Part shown: piece after piece, positions 20,410-30,026 of the stretch | Layout of the letters: each line of letters opens with the position of its first letter | How positions within the stretch are numbered: the stretch's first letter is position 1 | Source of the DNA: Candidatus Heimdallarchaeota archaeon | GTDB lineage: Archaea; Asgardarchaeota; Heimdallarchaeia; Heimdallarchaeales; Heimdallarchaeaceae | Reading direction: 5' to 3' | Assembly (NCBI GenBank): GCA_016839945.1 | Contig: JAEOTE010000108.1 | Coordinates: 14,365-78,364 of the forward strand | DNA: 64,000 bases | Program-made: the position numbers and the translations under genes | Notes under the pieces: model-generated | The model's input: only the letters and a program-made list of their open reading frames with translations | Database searches by the model: none | What the model was told of the DNA's origin: nothing

Positions 20410-20994
20410 GTGGTACTCATAATTTCTTGCCCTTTTTGTGAAAAAGAACTGCCAGATGAAAGTGAATTTTGTGCTTATTGTGGTAAAAGAATAAGAGAAG
20501 AAACAATAGACTACATCAAAGAACCTCTTTCTACAAAAATCGAGAAAAGGTTTCAAAGGACATTAGAAACATTCAGAAGAGGTTTTTATTCATTGCTTTC
20601 TAACCTTGAACAAAGAGTAGAAAACTCTACTTCAATTTCTTATGTAAATAAGGAGAAAATTGTAAATACTATTAGACAATTCAAAGTGACTTCCACTGAT
20701 GAATATAATGAGGAAGAAAAGGAAGAGATAAGAGAGTGGGCGAAATTTGTAGAAGAAGCTATATCTGGTAATAAATGTATAATCTGTTTACAAGAGTTTG
20801 ATATGAAGGATAAAGAAAAACTTGCTGTTATTTTGTGTCCCAATTGTAGCTATGCAGGGCATCCAAAGCATTTTGAAGATTGGTTAACAGAAAAATCTTC
20901 TTGCCCCATGTGTAGATCAGAATTGGACAAGAAATCACTAGTAAAAGGTTTCTTATCTATTAAGGAGAAACAATTGGTTTTCAGTTCAACATAA
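20410..20994 (+). CDS. Zinc-ribbon / coiled-coil / RING-H2-like finger protein
   Basis: N-terminal CPFC...CAYC ribbon. C-terminal CIICLQEF-x11-LCPNCSYAGHPKHFEDWLTEKSSCPMCR matches the eukaryotic RING-H2 consensus C.(I/V)CL.EF...L.C.H.FH..C...WL.....CP.CR. GTG start directly after the upstream TAG. Confidence 0.65.
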   Translation: MVLIISCPFCEKELPDESEFCAYCGKRIREETIDYIKEPLSTKIEKRFQRTLETFRRGFYSLLSNLEQRVENSTSISYVNKEKIVNTIRQFKVTSTDEYNEEEKEEIREWAKFVEEAISGNKCIICLQEFDMKDKEKLAVILCPNCSYAGHPKHFEDWLTEKSSCPMCRSELDKKSLVKGFLSIKEKQLVFSST

Positions 20995-21009
20995 TTTGAT
21001 TTTACTTTA

Positions 21010-21019
21010 TTTTGCAAAA
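21010..21019. promoter_or_regulatory. Perfect 10-bp palindrome TTTTGCAAAA upstream of pyrB (candidate operator)
   Basis: Read directly from the sequence. Lies ~25 nt upstream of the TATA-like TTTATAAT (about 21041-21048) that precedes pyrB. Shares a TTGCAA core with sites in the pur divergent promoter. Confidence 0.3.
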
Positions 21020-21084
21020 AACAGTGTGTCTATCACATCTTTTATAATTAAGCTATTTTTTTCTACTTTGGAAGAAAGATAAGA

Positions 21085-22002
21085 ATGATACCACAACATC
21101 TTTTCTCTGTTAGAAAAATATCCAGAGACTTTTTCCAAGAAATTTTCACTCTTGCTTCATCTATAGAAGAGAATCCTATTGTTTACGCAGATAAATGTAA
21201 TGGTAAATTATTGGCAACACTTTTTTTTGAACCTAGCACAAGAACAAGACTCTCATTTGAAAGTGCAATGCTAAGATTGGGAGGAAAAATTCTTGGGTTT
21301 ACTAGCGCAAAAACTAGTAGTGCTGTTAAAGGAGAAAGTATTGCAGATACAATCAGAATGATCAATCATTATGCTCATATTGCTGTTATTCGTCACTATA
21401 TAGAAGGGATTGGTCAAATAGCTGAAAAATTTGCTACTATTCCTTTTGTATCAGGAGGAACAGGAACGCAGGAACACCCAACACAAGCTCTCTTAGATCT
21501 CTATACAATTCAAAAGGAATTCAAGAATATTGATGGATTAAAAGTAGGAGTTATGGGAGATTTACTGTATGGGAGAACTATTCCCTCTTTACTCTTCTCA
21601 TTGGCAAAATACAATAATGTTGAAATAAATCTTATATCTCCACCTGCATTAAATCTGAGGAAAAATATTACGCTAAGACTTCAAGAGATGAACTGTGAAT
21701 ACTCTACATTTGAAAACATAAGGGAAATTGTTGATGAATTAGATGTATTATATGTAACAAGAATTCAAAAAGAACGTTTTCCAGATCCAACTGATTATGA
21801 AAGGCTTAAAGGTATTTATCAAATAAAACCAGACGACATAAAGAATGCAAAAGAAAATATGATTATTCTTCATCCTCTACCAAGAGTAGATGAAATAGAT
21901 TATGAAATCGATAAGCTTAAACATTCAAGATATTTCGAACAAGCGCAAAATGGCGTGTGGGTTAGAATGGCTTTAATCTTAAAGTACTTGGAGATTGGTT
22001 AG
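21085..22002 (+). CDS. pyrB: Aspartate carbamoyltransferase catalytic subunit
   Basis: Motifs FFEPSTRTRLSFE, HPTQALLD, HPLPRVDEI. Confidence 0.95.
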   Translation: MIPQHLFSVRKISRDFFQEIFTLASSIEENPIVYADKCNGKLLATLFFEPSTRTRLSFESAMLRLGGKILGFTSAKTSSAVKGESIADTIRMINHYAHIAVIRHYIEGIGQIAEKFATIPFVSGGTGTQEHPTQALLDLYTIQKEFKNIDGLKVGVMGDLLYGRTIPSLLFSLAKYNNVEINLISPPALNLRKNITLRLQEMNCEYSTFENIREIVDELDVLYVTRIQKERFPDPTDYERLKGIYQIKPDDIKNAKENMIILHPLPRVDEIDYEIDKLKHSRYFEQAQNGVWVRMALILKYLEIG

Positions 22003-22003
22003 T

Positions 22004-22474
22004 ATGAGTGAAAAAAATAATAAACTGATAGTAACAAAAATAAAAGAAGGAACTGTTATTGATAGAATTCCTCCAGGAAAAGCTCTAAAGATTTTGGAAG
22101 TTCTTGGTATCGATGCTAATTATCCTTATACTGTTGCTCTTGCAATGCGGGTTTCATCGGAAGTAATGTCATTAAAAGATGTTGTAAAAATCAAAGGAAA
22201 AGCTCTGAATCAATCGGAAACACAAAAATTATCTTTCATAGCTCCAACTGCAACAGTGAATATTATTGAAAACTATAATGTAAAAGAAAAGATTCATCTA
22301 AAAATTCCAGAACATGTTGAAGATTTCATCAGCTGTCTTAATCCAAATTGCATTTCTAATACACATGAACCTATAGTTTCTTCTTTTGATGTAATTTCAA
22401 AAGAACCACTTATTCTTCGGTGCGTATATTGTGACCGTTTAATAGAACAGAAGTATCTTGATAGAACATTCTAA
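22004..22474 (+). CDS. pyrI: Aspartate carbamoyltransferase regulatory subunit
   Basis: PyrI-like sequence with C-terminal zinc domain CLNPNCIS...CVYCD. ATG at 22004 preferred over the listed TTG at 21995. Confidence 0.9.
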   Translation: MSEKNNKLIVTKIKEGTVIDRIPPGKALKILEVLGIDANYPYTVALAMRVSSEVMSLKDVVKIKGKALNQSETQKLSFIAPTATVNIIENYNVKEKIHLKIPEHVEDFISCLNPNCISNTHEPIVSSFDVISKEPLILRCVYCDRLIEQKYLDRTF

Positions 22475-22488
22475 CTCAAATTTGAATA

Positions 22489-23742
22489 TTACAGATATAA
22501 TCCAATATCCTTCCTGTAATGCAAATTACCTTCAATCTTCGAGATATTTTTATTTATTTTTTCTCTTGCTTCTTCTAAATTACGTCCTGTTCCAACTAAT
22601 GCTATAGATCTGCTTTTTGTGGTCCTCAAAGAAGTTTTAGTTCTATAAACTGATGCATAGTATAGGTCTATGTCTATAGAATCTTTGATGTTAATTTCTT
22701 GAGCATCTCTAGGAGATGTTGGATATCCATTAGGAACTAGATATGTGCATACTGTAGATAAAGGTCTGAAACTTGCTTTCTTTAAATCACCATCAATTAT
22801 TTGGTGAGAGAGCTCGTTAAAATCTGTCTCCAAAAGCTGTAGAACATTTAAAGCTTCAGGATCACCAAATCTAACGTTAAACTCTATCAAATAGATATCA
22901 TCAGTTGTTTTCATAAATTGACCATATAAGACTCCTTTATATCTAAGATCTGTTTGTTTCTCTAATGCTTCTATAGTTTTTTCCATGATGTTGATGGCTT
23001 TATCGATGTCCGATTTTTCAAGAAAAGGTAGTGTGTGTTCAGCTAAACTATATGATCCCATAGATCCCGTATTTGGCCCTTCTTCATTTTCAAAAGCTCG
23101 TTTGTAGTCTCTTACTAAAGGCATAGGTACTATTTTTTTTCCATCTGTGAAAACTTGAAGAGAGAATTCTTTACCTTCCTTTTTCTCTTCTATTAAGAAT
23201 TCATCACTTGTCGAAAGCAAGGTTCGTGCATAATCTTTAGCTTCTCTGAATGTTGAGAAATGATCACCATATACTCTTACTCCCTTACCTCCTGTCAAGC
23301 CATCTGGTTTGATAACAATTTTCAAACCAAATTCTTTAACGGCGTCTTCCAAATCTCTCAAGGATCTGCAAATGAAATAAGGAACATTTCCTGGAATATC
23401 ATATGCATCAAGTAAACACCTGGCAAAAATTTTACTAGATTCTATTCTTGCTACTTCTTGTTTTGGACTGCATGTAGGTATATCTAGCTTTTCTTCTAAA
23501 AAATTTGTAATTCCAAAAGCAATAGGACTTTCTGGTCCAATTATCGCATAATCTACTTTGCGAAATTGATTTAACTTTGAGAAATCTGACATTTCCCCTA
23601 AGATTGTTTTTCTTGACAGATCTGCAATTCCAGGGTTTTCTGTAGACATATAGGAATAAAGTTTAGCATCGCTTTCTACAATTTTTTTTGCTATAGCATG
23701 TTCTCTTGCACCATTTCCAACTAATAATACTTTTTTTGTCAT
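22489..23742 (-). CDS. purD: Phosphoribosylamine-glycine ligase (GAR synthetase)
   Basis: 417-aa ATP-grasp protein with N-terminus VLLVGNGAREHAIA. Start overlaps the purF stop (TAATG). Confidence 0.95.
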   Translation of the reverse strand: MTKKVLLVGNGAREHAIAKKIVESDAKLYSYMSTENPGIADLSRKTILGEMSDFSKLNQFRKVDYAIIGPESPIAFGITNFLEEKLDIPTCSPKQEVARIESSKIFARCLLDAYDIPGNVPYFICRSLRDLEDAVKEFGLKIVIKPDGLTGGKGVRVYGDHFSTFREAKDYARTLLSTSDEFLIEEKKEGKEFSLQVFTDGKKIVPMPLVRDYKRAFENEEGPNTGSMGSYSLAEHTLPFLEKSDIDKAINIMEKTIEALEKQTDLRYKGVLYGQFMKTTDDIYLIEFNVRFGDPEALNVLQLLETDFNELSHQIIDGDLKKASFRPLSTVCTYLVPNGYPTSPRDAQEINIKDSIDIDLYYASVYRTKTSLRTTKSRSIALVGTGRNLEEAREKINKNISKIEGNLHYRKDIGLYL

Positions 23743-24200
23743 TATTTAACCTCCTCATAATGACTCCTTCCCTTTAACTCACCGTTAAGATATTTTATAC
23801 GAATTTCTTGAGCAAAATCTGTAGGATAGCTACCAGATAGGCAGGCTAAACATAAATCAGAAGTGCCAATTGATTTTTTTAATGAATCTATGCTTTGGTA
23901 ATATAGCGCATCAACATTCAGAATATTCTTTATTTCTTCGAGAGTATTCCCAGATGCTATAAGCTCATCATCAGAAGGAAAATCTATTCCATAATAACAA
24001 GCAAAACGTATAGCTGGACATGTTAATGCGAAGTGAATTTTATTCGCTCCTAATTCTCTCAAATCCTTAACTATTTTCTGACTAGTTAGACCTCTAACAA
24101 TTGAATCATCAACAACCAAAATGTTCTTTCCATTAATGTATTCTGGAGAGTAAAGATATTTTCTTTTAGCAACATCAAACCTTTCTTTTTTACTTTTCAT
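23742..24200 (-). CDS. purF: Amidophosphoribosyltransferase, C-terminal fragment (PRTase core), separated from the N-terminal part by one in-frame TAA
   Basis: PRPP loop ILVVDDSIVRGLT, YYGIDFPS, and Fe-S-type CLAC near the C-terminus. In frame with the upstream fragment. Confidence 0.85.
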   Translation of the reverse strand: MKSKKERFDVAKRKYLYSPEYINGKNILVVDDSIVRGLTSQKIVKDLRELGANKIHFALTCPAIRFACYYGIDFPSDDELIASGNTLEEIKNILNVDALYYQSIDSLKKSIGTSDLCLACLSGSYPTDFAQEIRIKYLNGELKGRSHYEEVK

Positions 24201-24212
24201 GATAAATGTTCT

Positions 24213-25148
24213 TTATAAATATCTGTTCTTTATGATAGCTTCCCTAATTGGAATACCTAGAACCTCTGATAATCCTTGACTTGCTGGTCTAGAAGTGTCA
24301 GGAACAGGTACTATAAAGTCTATCTCTATTTCTTCTTGCTTAATTCGATAACCTAATTCCTTTCCTAGTTGTAATCGAATATCATACACTAGTTTCTTAT
24401 CTAAAACAGAACAAGGATTTGCAAAATATACATATTCAAACATGCAATAAGCATGATCTTTGGTTGATAATTGAGTTCTTTCAATGCTACTTCTTACAAT
24501 AAGTAGCTCCCCTGGTTTTACGTTGATAAATTTATTAATTTTCATATTTTGAAGAACAACACTTTCTGAAGATAAGATAGTTAATGTTTTATTTTGACCT
24601 AGAACTAATGGTCGAATACCTCTTGGATCTCGGAAAGCAAAAACAAAATCTTTGTATATTCCTACAATTGAATAACTGCCATCTATTTTTTCCATAAAAA
24701 CTCTAATTGCTTGCTCTAGATCTCCTTCTTTTTCATTTAGTATTTCTCCAAGAAATTCAACAATAAAACTGGTATCACTTTCATAGTTTTTATCAGAAAG
24801 TACTGGAATATTAGTGATATTTCCGTTATGTACAAGAGTTAATTTTCCATACTTCGTTTTATACAAAAATGGCTGTGCATATTGTTCTGTATTTAATGAG
24901 TTAATTCTATTTCCAAATGTTGGATACCTAGTAGAGCCTATCAACATGCCAACTTCTTTTTCATCATCAACATCTAGCAAATCAGGATAACTATCTTTTT
25001 TTGAAATCAATATCTCATTATTCTTTTCCTCCAACCAAGCAATACCACTTGCATCTTGCCCTCTATGTGTAAGCATTTGAAGTAAGATTTTTCCTTGCCC
25101 AAGGGTTGTTGGACCAATAATACCTAGAACGCCACACATCTTATGCAA
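24213..25148 (-). CDS. purF: Amidophosphoribosyltransferase, N-terminal fragment (Ntn glutaminase domain plus first part of the PRTase domain)
   Basis: MCGVLGI nucleophile-Cys N-terminus (the ATG at 25139 gives Met-Cys). Ends ...IKNRYL-TAA where PurF proteins read KNRYVGRTFI. Confidence 0.85.
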   Translation of the reverse strand: MHKMCGVLGIIGPTTLGQGKILLQMLTHRGQDASGIAWLEEKNNEILISKKDSYPDLLDVDDEKEVGMLIGSTRYPTFGNRINSLNTEQYAQPFLYKTKYGKLTLVHNGNITNIPVLSDKNYESDTSFIVEFLGEILNEKEGDLEQAIRVFMEKIDGSYSIVGIYKDFVFAFRDPRGIRPLVLGQNKTLTILSSESVVLQNMKINKFINVKPGELLIVRSSIERTQLSTKDHAYCMFEYVYFANPCSVLDKKLVYDIRLQLGKELGYRIKQEEIEIDFIVPVPDTSRPASQGLSEVLGIPIREAIIKNRYL

Positions 25149-25743
25149 TCCTCACTTTGTTTTTGATGAGATTTACTCTATTTTCGGATATTAACTTGAT
25201 AGCTAGAGGTAAAATTTCGTGCTCCTTTTCTAAAATTCTATTAGATAATGAAAATTCTGTATCATCATCTTTAACATCAACAGTTTTCTGAATAATAATT
25301 GGTCCTTTATCAACCATTTCATTCACGAAATGAACAGTACAACCTGTAATCTTGACACCACAATCTAAAGCTTGTTTTTGAGCATTTAATCCAGGAAATG
25401 CTGGTAACAAGGATGGATGAATGTTGATAATTTTGTTTTTAAATTGTTTAATAAAAGAAGGAGATAAAATTCTCATAAATCCTGCAAGAACAACTAATTC
25501 AATATCATTAGATTTTATGATTTGAGCAAGCTCCTTATCATATGCTTCTTTTGATTTGAAATTATTTGATTCCAACCAAGCAGTTTTTTTACCAAACTCT
25601 TTTGCATATTTTAATCCTTCAGCTTTAGAATTATTTGAAATAATTAGTTTAACTTGAGCTTTAGCTATTTTTTTATTTCTTTCAGCTTCTAAAATTGCTT
25701 TGAGGTTAGATCCTCTTCCGGAAATTAGAATAGCTACGTTCAT
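25141..25743 (-). CDS. purN: Phosphoribosylglycinamide formyltransferase
   Basis: NVAILISGRGSNL and INIHPSLLPAFPG motifs. GGTGA Shine-Dalgarno-like sequence 4 nt upstream of ATG 25743; the listed start 25770 adds 9 codons. Confidence 0.9.
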   Translation of the reverse strand: MNVAILISGRGSNLKAILEAERNKKIAKAQVKLIISNNSKAEGLKYAKEFGKKTAWLESNNFKSKEAYDKELAQIIKSNDIELVVLAGFMRILSPSFIKQFKNKIINIHPSLLPAFPGLNAQKQALDCGVKITGCTVHFVNEMVDKGPIIIQKTVDVKDDDTEFSLSNRILEKEHEILPLAIKLISENRVNLIKNKVRIA

Positions 25744-25747
25744 GATA

Positions 25748-26791
25748 TCACCTTTTGAAAAGTACGTCATATTGAGGAATGGTGATTATTGGATCTTCGA
25801 TTATTTTTCCTAGAATAAATGTTTCAAAATGCTGATTTAAGATAGATAAAGATTTTTCAGCTTCCTCTTTTGGAACAACAACAACAAAACCAACACCCAT
25901 GTTAAAAACTGAAAACATTTCCTGATAGGAGATATTTCCTAAACTCCTTATTTCCTTAAAGATATCTTGTGGAGTAGGGAATTTTGTAATCTCAAAACCT
26001 AGTTTTGTCAATCTGAAGAGTTTGTTAAATCCCCCACCAGTAATATGAGCTAATCCATTAACTTTACATTCATTTAGTAGTTCTTCTATTGCATTAACAT
26101 AAATTCTTGTAGGAATCAGAAGCTCCTCTGAAACAGATTTATTCCAAGGGAATTCTTCGGTTAAATCATATTTTGCAGATAAAACTTTTCTAGCAACTGT
26201 AAAACCATTTGAATGTATACCACTACTAGATATTCCTAAAATTATATCTCCTGCTTTAATATCAGAACCATCAACCAAATCATCTAATTCAACGATTCCA
26301 ATCGCACTTCCAGCTAAATCAAAAGAATGTGACTTTTTTGCTAGCAACTCAGGAATCGTTGCAAGTTCTCCTCCTAATATAGGAATTGATGCCTTTTCAC
26401 ATCCAACATGGATTCCTTTCATAATTTCTTCTATGATTCCTTCATCCAACTCTGATACAGCTAAGTAATCAACAAAACCTTTTGGAGATATTCCCATCGA
26501 TAACAAATCATTAACATTCATTGCTACACAATCAATTCCCACAGTATCATATTTTTGTGCTTCTTGAGCAACTAGAAGTTTTGTTCCAACTCCATCTGTC
26601 ACAAGAGCTATACCAAAATCTCCAAACTTGATCAGATTTGCATAATGACCTTCTTTTGATACAATATCTCCAAATTTAAATGAATTTTTAACATATTTAT
26701 TGATTTTTTTGAGAACTTGAGCTTCAATTGATAAGTCAACTCCTGCTTCTGCATAAGTTGATGGTACAGATGCTTCATTCATTGCAAACAC
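25748..26791 (-). CDS. purM: Phosphoribosylformylglycinamidine cyclo-ligase (AIR synthetase)
   Basis: PurM-family sequence with TDGVGTKLL motif. 347 aa. Confidence 0.95.
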   Translation of the reverse strand: MFAMNEASVPSTYAEAGVDLSIEAQVLKKINKYVKNSFKFGDIVSKEGHYANLIKFGDFGIALVTDGVGTKLLVAQEAQKYDTVGIDCVAMNVNDLLSMGISPKGFVDYLAVSELDEGIIEEIMKGIHVGCEKASIPILGGELATIPELLAKKSHSFDLAGSAIGIVELDDLVDGSDIKAGDIILGISSSGIHSNGFTVARKVLSAKYDLTEEFPWNKSVSEELLIPTRIYVNAIEELLNECKVNGLAHITGGGFNKLFRLTKLGFEITKFPTPQDIFKEIRSLGNISYQEMFSVFNMGVGFVVVVPKEEAEKSLSILNQHFETFILGKIIEDPIITIPQYDVLFKR

Positions 26792-27161
26792 CTAAAATCC
26801 TAATTGCCAAATATGCTGCATTATGACCATTATCTATTCCAACAGTAGCTACAGGAACTCCTTTTGGCATTTGAGCAATAGATAGCAATGCATCTAAACC
26901 ATTTAAAGCAGCAGAAACAGGAACTCCAATAACAGGTTTTTCTGTGAGAGATGCAACTACTCCTGGTAAAGCTGCTGCTAAACCAGCTATACAAATAAAC
27001 ACTCTTGCTTCAGAATTCTTTACTTTTTCAACTAATTTTTCATGATCTCTGTGTGCAGATATGTAATTAACTTTGAAAGATACATTGTTCTCATCAAGAA
27101 TTTTGGTTGTTTTCTTCACTATTTTTTCATCACTCTTGCTACCAGCAATAATCTCTATCAT
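26775..27161 (-). CDS. purE: Phosphoribosylaminoimidazole carboxylase/mutase catalytic subunit (short form)
   Basis: ISAHRDH and [12 protein letters not shown] motifs. 128 aa. No purK in the window. Confidence 0.85.
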   Translation of the reverse strand: MIEIIAGSKSDEKIVKKTTKILDENNVSFKVNYISAHRDHEKLVEKVKNSEARVFICIAGLAAALPGVVASLTEKPVIGVPVSAALNGLDALLSIAQMPKGVPVATVGIDNGHNAAYLAIRILGVCNE

Positions 27162-27162
27162 T

Positions 27163-29337
27163 TTAATCCTCCATATGTTTTGGAATTGCTTTTTTCCATT
27201 CTTCTCTTAATTCTTCAATATTAAACGAAATATTATCATCAATTACAATTGTTTGCTCTGAGGTTGTTTCTCCTACTAATACAAATGAAGTGATATTATT
27301 TTGAATTACATTACTTTTTTCAAATTTAGAAGAGTTAATCTCAACTATGTATCTTGCAGGACTCTCTGAGAAAAGAAATTCTTCTTTTTTTATTCTATAA
27401 CTTTTGAAAATCCCTTCTATATCCAGTTTTGCCCCTATGTTATTTTCAAAAGCCATTTCAGCCAAAGTAACAATGAAACCACCATTTGAAATATCATGAC
27501 AACTCTCTATGATACCTTCTTGGTTAAGTTCTTCAATTAACTTCCTTGATTCTTCTTCTCTTTTTCTATCATACGGAGTGATTTTTCCTTGAAGAATTCC
27601 ATGGTTATATCGTAGAAATTCAGAACCATTTAGATTGTCATCAAAAGGACCAATACATGCAATTAGATTTTCCTTCTTCTGAAAAGAATTCTTGATTATT
27701 TTCTTAGGATCTTCAATAATTCCTAACATTCCAATTGTCGGTGTCGGGTTGATTCTATCTCTTTGGTCTCTTATGCTTGTTTCATTATAAAAAGACACAT
27801 TACCACCAACAATAGGTATCTGAAAATCATGAGAAAAGATTCCTAATCCTTTCACTGATTCTACAAATTGCCAGTATGAATCAGGTTGTTCAGGATTGCC
27901 AAAATTGAGACAATCAACAATAGCTATAGGTTTTGCTCCAACTGAGACTAGATTTCTCATAGCTTCAGCGGCACTATTAGCTGTTCCATTATATGGATCT
28001 AAATATACACTGAAAGAATTACAATCTAAAGATGCAGCGATATATTTCTCGTTATCTAGGCGTAAAACAGCTGAGTCATTTCCAGCAGAATAAACAGTTT
28101 GAGTCTGAACATGTTGATCATACTGTTGATAAACCCAAGATTTATCTCCGATGTTTGGGGATGAGAAGAGTTTCAGAATTTCTCCTCTTAGGTCATTGAT
28201 TTCAGGTATCTCTCTAAATTCCTTATTAATATAATCAGGAGGTTTCATACTTCTTTCAGGTTCTGGGAAACCTTCAACTATCAAGTCAACTGGTAAATCT
28301 AACACTTTGTTCCCTTTGTAATAAGCAATGCAGTGAGAGTTTCCAGTTACCTCTCCAATCACAGCATAGACAAGATCTCTTTGTTTCAGTAACTCTTCTA
28401 CTATTGAGAGGTTCTTTGCATTAACCACTCCTAACATCCTTTCTTGAGATTCAGATACAAATATTTCCCATGGTTCCATATCTTCTTCTCTTAATGGAAC
28501 ATCCTCAAGCCTGATTATTGCCCCAGTGTTTCCTTTTTGTGTCATTTCTGATACTGCACAACTTAATCCTCCACCCCCTAAATCCTGCAATCCACACAGC
28601 AATTCTTTTTCTACTAACTCTAAAGTAACATCTATCAGAATCTTCTCTTTTAATGGGTCCCCTATTTGCACTGCAGGTCTATCTTTATCACTTCTATCAC
28701 TTAGATCTTTTGAAGCAAAAGAAACACCATGAATCCCATCTCTCCCTGTTCTAGCACCATACAAAACTAGAAAATCACCGGGTTTAGAAGCTATACTACG
28801 AACTACTTTATTCTTTTGAACTACACCAACACACATTGCATTGACTAAGCAGTTATTTTCGAAAGAGCTTGCGAACTCTACTTCTCCTCCAACTGTAGGG
28901 ATACCACAGCAGTTTCCATAGAAGGATATTCCCCTTACAACATTTTCAAACAAATGTTGGGAATGTGGTGATTCTAACTCACCGAAACGAATTGAATCTA
29001 ATATTGCGATAGGTTTACACCCTTGAGATAAAATATCTCTTATAATTCCACCAACTCCTGTTGCTGCACCATCATAGGGTGAAATTGCAGATGGATGATT
29101 GTGGCTTTCTAATCCTAAGCCTACTAACAAATCATCACCTAGATTAATCAAACCAGCTCCTTCACCCATCCCTAATTCTATGTATGGTGCAGTATCATTA
29201 AACAAATGAAACCATCTTTTTGAAGATTTATACGAACAGTGTTCCGACCACATTGCTTCAAAAACTGCTAATTCTGCCTTATTGGGTTCTCTTCCTAATT
29301 CATCCATAACTTTTCCATATTCTTCTGTAGTTAGCAT
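27163..29337 (-). CDS. purL: Phosphoribosylformylglycinamidine synthase subunit II
   Basis: 724-aa small-type PurL with [21 protein letters not shown] motif. Confidence 0.95.
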   Translation of the reverse strand: MLTTEEYGKVMDELGREPNKAELAVFEAMWSEHCSYKSSKRWFHLFNDTAPYIELGMGEGAGLINLGDDLLVGLGLESHNHPSAISPYDGAATGVGGIIRDILSQGCKPIAILDSIRFGELESPHSQHLFENVVRGISFYGNCCGIPTVGGEVEFASSFENNCLVNAMCVGVVQKNKVVRSIASKPGDFLVLYGARTGRDGIHGVSFASKDLSDRSDKDRPAVQIGDPLKEKILIDVTLELVEKELLCGLQDLGGGGLSCAVSEMTQKGNTGAIIRLEDVPLREEDMEPWEIFVSESQERMLGVVNAKNLSIVEELLKQRDLVYAVIGEVTGNSHCIAYYKGNKVLDLPVDLIVEGFPEPERSMKPPDYINKEFREIPEINDLRGEILKLFSSPNIGDKSWVYQQYDQHVQTQTVYSAGNDSAVLRLDNEKYIAASLDCNSFSVYLDPYNGTANSAAEAMRNLVSVGAKPIAIVDCLNFGNPEQPDSYWQFVESVKGLGIFSHDFQIPIVGGNVSFYNETSIRDQRDRINPTPTIGMLGIIEDPKKIIKNSFQKKENLIACIGPFDDNLNGSEFLRYNHGILQGKITPYDRKREEESRKLIEELNQEGIIESCHDISNGGFIVTLAEMAFENNIGAKLDIEGIFKSYRIKKEEFLFSESPARYIVEINSSKFEKSNVIQNNITSFVLVGETTSEQTIVIDDNISFNIEELREEWKKAIPKHMED

Positions 29338-30026
29338 TTAATTTCCTCCAATAGGTTTTCAAAAATTTGAATACCATCTTTTGAACCAAGATATTCAAAG
29401 CTAGCTCTTTCTGGATGAGGCATTAATCCTAAAACATTACCTCTAGAGTTTGTTATTCCTGCAATATTGTTAACTGAACCATTTGGATTGCTTTCCAGTG
29501 TGATATCTCCATTCTCATCACAATACTGAAATGCAACCTGATTCTTTGATTTCAACAACTCAATTTCTTTTTCCTTATCGTAATATCTGCCATCGAAATG
29601 AGCTATGGGTAATCGGAGAACTTTACCATTTGTGTTTCTTAAAAGAGGACTATTGCTATTTTCTGATTTTAGATAAATCCATTTCGAGATAAACTTAGTT
29701 GAAGTGTTTGTTGTAAGTACTCCTGGCAATATCTTTGTTTCACATAATATTTGGAAACCATTACATACTCCAATTACAAAACGTCCAGAATCAACAAAAT
29801 GTTGAAGTTCTTCCATCATGGGTGATTGAGCAGCAAGAGCCCCTGGTCTCAGATAATCTCCGTATGAGAACCCACCAGCTATGATTAAAGCATCAAAATC
29901 ATCTAAAGGTTTATTTTCATATTGTTTTACAAGAATACCTTTGACATTCAATTCCGAAAGTGCACGCAAAACATCCTGTTCATTATTAGTTCCAGGATAT
30001 TTTGTTACACCTATTTTCATTTTCAC
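29331..30026 (-). CDS. purQ: Phosphoribosylformylglycinamidine synthase subunit I (glutaminase)
   Basis: Class-I GATase: GGFSYGDY, catalytic Cys in IGVCNGFQIL, MPHPER. Confidence 0.9.
   Translation of the reverse strand: MKMKIGVTKYPGTNNEQDVLRALSELNVKGILVKQYENKPLDDFDALIIAGGFSYGDYLRPGALAAQSPMMEELQHFVDSGRFVIGVCNGFQILCETKILPGVLTTNTSTKFISKWIYLKSENSNSPLLRNTNGKVLRLPIAHFDGRYYDKEKEIELLKSKNQVAFQYCDENGDITLESNPNGSVNNIAGITNSRGNVLGLMPHPERASFEYLGSKDGIQIFENLLEEIKC

Noticed and set aside
24213-24215. Possibility that TAA is reassigned to a sense codon in this organism, which would explain the purF interruption.
   Set aside because: TAA terminates many well-delimited genes in this same window at the expected protein ends (for example tldD, pmbA, the purF C-terminus and sui1). 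A global reassignment is therefore not supported.
26775-27161. The short (128-aa) PurE without an adjacent PurK, considered as a possible class II (CO2-dependent) enzyme or a truncated gene.
   Set aside because: Class assignment needs an alignment of active-site residues that I cannot do reliably by eye. The ORF keeps the core motifs and is translationally coupled on both sides, so there is no evidence of truncation.
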